A stretch of 57,364 nucleotides of DNA, filler included, from Trichosphaerium sp. ATCC 40318 (Eukaryota; Protista; Tubulinea), in the NCBI GenBank assembly GCA_038496445.1. It is 3 parts of 3 records of this genome, joined end to end, with 100 filler letters (N's around TTAATTAATTAA, not from the genome) between each part and the next. Parts side by side here need not be neighbours in the genome. Positions count along the whole stretch, not along the records: positions 42,172 to 57,364 come from JALMLS010000249.1; 2 more parts are not named here. One strand, written 5' to 3'. The position numbers and the translations under genes are program-made. How positions within the stretch are numbered: the first letter of the stretch is position 1; each line of letters opens with the position of its first letter. Positions 52,745-57,364 of this stretch are shown here, piece by piece. Under the pieces are notes generated by a model that did not search any database, was not told the origin of the DNA, and worked only from the letters and a program-made list of their open reading frames with translations.

Positions 52745-54838
52745 CGTGGAAACATCTTCAGTAGACTCGAACATCTAAACTTGTACAGAAGATGTTCGTT
52801 TTTACAAATTGTATAATTATAAATAAAGCACAAGTCCACGCACGAACTACTTATTTCTGTTTTCCAAAACTACCACTTACAAACCGGGTCAGCGCTCTAT
52901 ACTATTGTTTTCGTTTCAGACTAAACAGCGCGTACGAACAGACAAAAGCAAAACGGCGACAAAAAAATGTACAAATATACACATAGATTTTGGTCAAAGA
53001 GTCAAAGTCATACAACTTTCTTGTTATGGCACCAATCACTATCATAGTTATGTTAAATATGCAATTTAAAAGTAAATATGGTAGCAACATCTTGGGTAAG
53101 ACCACACAAATTCTGAATCAAATACAGTGTAAGTAGCGATGTTCCAAACGAATAGAATACCGAATCTATCGCCAGAACGTAAAAAGTTGGAAATAGTCGA
53201 CTCTATTCCTATTCGGTTTTCAGAGAAGAGCGACTGCGAAACTGAAAGTTGTTGGCTTTTTTTTTAATCACCAAGTGCTTTTTTTTCATCCAAACTACTC
53301 TCATATGTTTTAAAATGCATAGTTCTATACATAGAGTGGTTGAAAGCCCTATATTGAGTGAGTTTAAGATATCTACATTGTAGAGCGGTAAAACTAAGTC
53401 ACGGTAGGCCTAACCGACACTTTTGTTGTGAAATTGTGCCAGTGGTGACGTTTATTTGACAATTCGAGCCAATCTTGAGCCCGCCACGTGATCTATTTTT
53501 TTGCTGTCTCAAAACCACTTTTTAGTACTTTCCACGCGTAGAAATAGCGCAGCCGCTGGATTAAAAAAGTCTCAGACGTTGTGAGGATGTAAAGAAATGG
53601 TTTTAGTAATAAGGATGTAATTTGCGCCGTTTTGTCTCACCACAAAAGCGATAAGAATATATTCGAATAAACCAAGAAATTTTTTTTCAAATACGAATTT
53701 TGCAATATATCCGTTTGGAACATCGCTAAGTGTAACTACATGTAAAAGTTCCGCTATTCAGATCTCAAGCTCACAAAGATGCACTAGTTGCGATTAATCT
53801 TTCAACTGCCCTTGGAGATACGCTCGTAAGAAAGATATACCACAAAAAGACTGAGGCAGTAGCAAACCGAATCAGACGTGGTAGAAGGCTCAAAAATACT
53901 ATGTGATGAAAAAATGTCTAAAAATAACAAAACATTCTATCACACGTGTTTGCAAGAACTTTCTTATCTTAAAAATTAAGCAACTTTTGTTTGTTTAAAA
54001 ACACTATCACATGCTTCCACAGGTATAAAGGCGGCTGAGTAAAAAGTCCGTCCAATAAGACAATAAGCGCATTCACCAGGTTTGATAGAACACCGGCTTC
54101 CGAGAGAAGATACTTCGATGTAGGTACATGTAGCGTGCAACAGCATACGTTACTATTCTCTGATTACATTTAATCATGAGATTAATGTTATCTCAATAAT
54201 GACATTAATATGTATTCTCTGAATTATATAATGACCTTTAATAAATACGGTAATATCCACAACTAAGGCCACATCTCTTACACATATTCTCATCTTTCGT
54301 GTGCCCTTCAACGTTTCAACACAAGCCGTTCAATTTTCGAAAACAGTCAACGCTGCAAAGATTTCTTGTCAATAAAGAGCTGGAGGTCTTGTAGTGCCAC
54401 TCCTTATTGAACGTATTGTAATCGGTCCAGTAGTAATTGTGGTACGTAAAACACAGCATACAACAAGTTTAGTTGCGTTACAGTGAAATTAACAAACTTA
54501 CAAGTGGATTAGCTACAAAACAAATATTAGTTCAGGTTCGACCTGAAATAACACGATTTTAAGTAAAACATCAAATCTACTCTTTCAAAACCCACTTTCA
54601 ATGTTCGAGAAATTTAGCGACGTGTTCTATTCTCAGAAATCACGTGTTTTGGTGCCTTTTTATAAATTTTTTAACACAGACAGTGTTTGCTTCTGTATGA
54701 TTTAAATTCAAGCAAAGATAGCGTTTCACCATTTGGAGCTCTCTTGCCAACCCATAAATTATTTTTGTATTCTAACATTTATTTGTATTCAACAGTTCAA
54801 CAGCCAAGAGGTCGAAAAAATCAAGTAAATTGGGTACT

Positions 54839-55684
54839 ATGAATTTATTGGATATTCCACGTGAGCTTCAGATGTACATTTGTACTTTCAACGCTGGAGC
54901 ATTCACAAAATTCCATACTCTATCAAAGAGAGCTGCAATTAATACTCATTATGATGAAACATTACAAAAGAAAGGAATGTGGATACGATGGTACAAAAGT
55001 GGAAAGGTTCAGTTACATCAGCATGTAGTGAATGGCCCTGGCAAAGAATGGTATACAAACGGACAATTAAAGTACTCATATACGCTCATCAATGGTAAGC
55101 AACATGGTGAATGCAAACAATGGTATGCAAGTGGTGAACTTCAGACACAAATTATGTGGGCCGATAGTAAAGTACATGGTGAAAGTAAAGAATGGTACAA
55201 AAATGGTCAACTTAAGCACCAGCTTATGTGGGTCGATGGTATAAGACATGGCGAAAGTAAAGGATGGTACAAAAATGGCCAACTTGAGTACCAGCTTATG
55301 TGGGTCGATGGTAAAGTACATGGTGAAAGTAAAGGATGGCACAAAAATGGGCAACAACAGTCACAGCGCATGTGGGTAGATGATAAACAGCATGGAACAA
55401 CTACGAAATGGTACGATAATGGACAACAAAAGGAACAATCCATGTGGGTAGATAATGAACGGCATGGAACAACTACGAAATGGTACGATAATGGACAACA
55501 AAAGTCACAATCCATGTGGGTAGATGATGAACGGCATGGAACAACTACGAAATGGTACAGTAATGGACAACAAAAGTCACAATCCATGTGGGTAGATGAT
55601 AGACGGCATGGTATAACTACAGAATGGTATGAGAATGGACAACAAAAGTCACAGTGCATTTGGGTAGATGGCGAAAAAACATAG
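54839..55684 (+). CDS. Intronless F-box-like + MORN-variant (YwqK-type) repeat protein
   Basis: MNLLDIPRELQMYI then about nine 24-aa repeats HGxxxxWYxNGQxKxQxMWVD (72-nt DNA repeat). Confidence 0.85.
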   Translation: MNLLDIPRELQMYICTFNAGAFTKFHTLSKRAAINTHYDETLQKKGMWIRWYKSGKVQLHQHVVNGPGKEWYTNGQLKYSYTLINGKQHGECKQWYASGELQTQIMWADSKVHGESKEWYKNGQLKHQLMWVDGIRHGESKGWYKNGQLEYQLMWVDGKVHGESKGWHKNGQQQSQRMWVDDKQHGTTTKWYDNGQQKEQSMWVDNERHGTTTKWYDNGQQKSQSMWVDDERHGTTTKWYSNGQQKSQSMWVDDRRHGITTEWYENGQQKSQCIWVDGEKT

Positions 55685-56103
55685 TATTTGACTTCTTCAC
55701 AGTCATCTTCTATTTGGCAATTTGAAAACAATGGCAGCATAAACATTTAACAACTATGTACAAATAATTGAATTATATTGTATCAAATTTTTGTTGTTGG
55801 TTTTTCTACCAGCGATGTAACACGTGTTTCGTCAACCGTTTCAAAAGTTCCAGAATCATGGTCCAAAAGTAATTATGCCACATTTCTGTAAAGAAAACTT
55901 GGAATTGCCACTTCCACTTTCCACTATTCACCGTTTTTTCTCACACCAATACCCACTAATTCGAAAAAAAGAGTGAAATTTCCAACCCTTTGTTTTGTAC
56001 GACTTGTTTATCAAAAAACGCCGTCTCACACATGATGAACAACAAGGATATTATTCTTTGTGATGCAATGGGCTCAATGGAGTTATGGGGCATAGTAATA
56101 AGA

Positions 56104-57364
56104 TCAAATACCATGAGGTGAAAATACCCAAATTCTCCAACTTCTTTTTTTCAAGCGAAGCAATTTCTTGTTTGTTCTTTTTAACTTTTCTTTGGCTTGT
56201 TGGTACCATTTCAAATATTCCACACAATAGTCAGTTGTTATCGCCAATTCGATAGAGCAATTCACATATCGAACAATAAATATCGTTTTAGAAAGATGGT
56301 TAATCCTGTACACTTAGAGAATGCGTGCGCAAGAATTCTCTTGACGTCAGTTTTGGTTCTAAGACCTTATTTAGTTTGTGTATTTCCACATTTCTTCCAA
56401 GTCTTTAGACCCTCATAGTGCAATCAACAAAGAGTAAGAGTTCGATTGTAACAGTTCGACTAGGTTACCCTTTGCAGCAATCATGAACGTAAAATCAACA
56501 TAAAATTTGGCTGACAACAAAAACGTACACCTTAACTTAATGCTATTTGATATAAGTTCATTCATCACTGTAGAAGATCCTTATTTCGTGTGAATTCCGA
56601 ATACGATGTAATACGCAAAAAAACGAGGAGGACGTTGTACTATAAACACAAACACAAAAATGGCTCCCATGTTGTCACATGGGACTTTTTTGAAACGACT
56701 AACACAAGAAAGAAAAAAAGAGATGGGTAAATATGTTTATTAACAACTTTCCTTTTAAGGTTTCTTCAAAACATTTTCATGCGCTTCATAAATAACTTGA
56801 ACTGGATTTGTATGATTCCTATAATTGAAAAAAAAACATTGCTTTAGTGAACTATCAATCACAAAAACAATAAAATATAAAAATGACGCACTGTTTCAAA
56901 TGTTTCATGAAAGAATCCCATGCTTTATCATCAAGAACAGGTCCCTCATTGACACTTGTGCAAGCTCATTAAGTAGCAATTTATAACAGTAGATACTAAG
57001 AAAGAAATGTCAAAACACCGAAAAACAAAGCAACCAAAAAAGTTTAATTATTGAAGATAAGTATTACTTACCAGATTCAGTACTTTCTTCAACCTCACTT
57101 GCTTTCTCTTTGTACGATATAAGAATTTTATGTGCCTGATTAAAGTCCAATGTACTATAGAGATAGGATATTAGTAAACCTTTGCATGTATATAAAAGGG
57201 AACAAACTTACCGAAGAGCTAAACGGAAAACATAATCACGGTTCTCCCAATTTATAAACTTTGGATGAGAAACAAGAAGCTTCAATGCAAGCTCAGCATG
57301 TCCTTTAGTGTCCAATTCTCGAATGAAATCATAATCAACATTGCAAGCATACATAGCAACAACA
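56104..57364 (-). CDS. Fragment of an unidentified spliced gene (helical protein), runs off the window
   Basis: Exon-like blocks ending in GTAAGT donors (e.g. ELALKLLVSHPKF..LALR; LDFNQAHKILISYKE); not fully reconstructed. Confidence 0.35.

Noticed and set aside
55076-55746. Cys-rich repetitive ORFs on the minus strand
   Set aside because: Antisense shadows of the MORN-repeat gene

Overview
This window is three eukaryotic contigs joined by artificial 100-nt linkers (N44-TTAATTAATTAA-N44 at 21957-22056 and 42072-42171). Contig 1 (1-21956) holds two highly divergent cytosolic rDNA units (SSU-5.8S-LSU) arranged tail-to-tail around a ~6.3 kb spacer. The rRNAs have a compact GC-rich core interrupted by large AU-rich, multi-hairpin insertions that resemble the ITSs, and the two adjacent units differ by fully compensated base-pair changes. 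The spacer is CpG-depleted and carries nested TIR elements and telomere-type CCCTAA repeats; a family of hairpin repeats lies upstream of the SSU. Contigs 2 and 3 are gene-dense protist nuclear DNA with short GT-AG introns: DEAD-box helicase, AP-3 sigma, SOX/MATA-type HMG box, TVP38/TMEM64, bL35m-like, Hsp78/ClpB, PPR, Coa6-like, Vps26, LST8-like, NFXL1-like and CRYZL1-like (with a probable U12 intron). They also hold a broken Sola-like transposase and intronless giant-virus-style F-box-LRR, F-box-MORN and SET genes. The organism cannot be named from sequence alone; it is a mitochondriate protist, possibly amoebozoan (inference), and the three contigs need not be linked.
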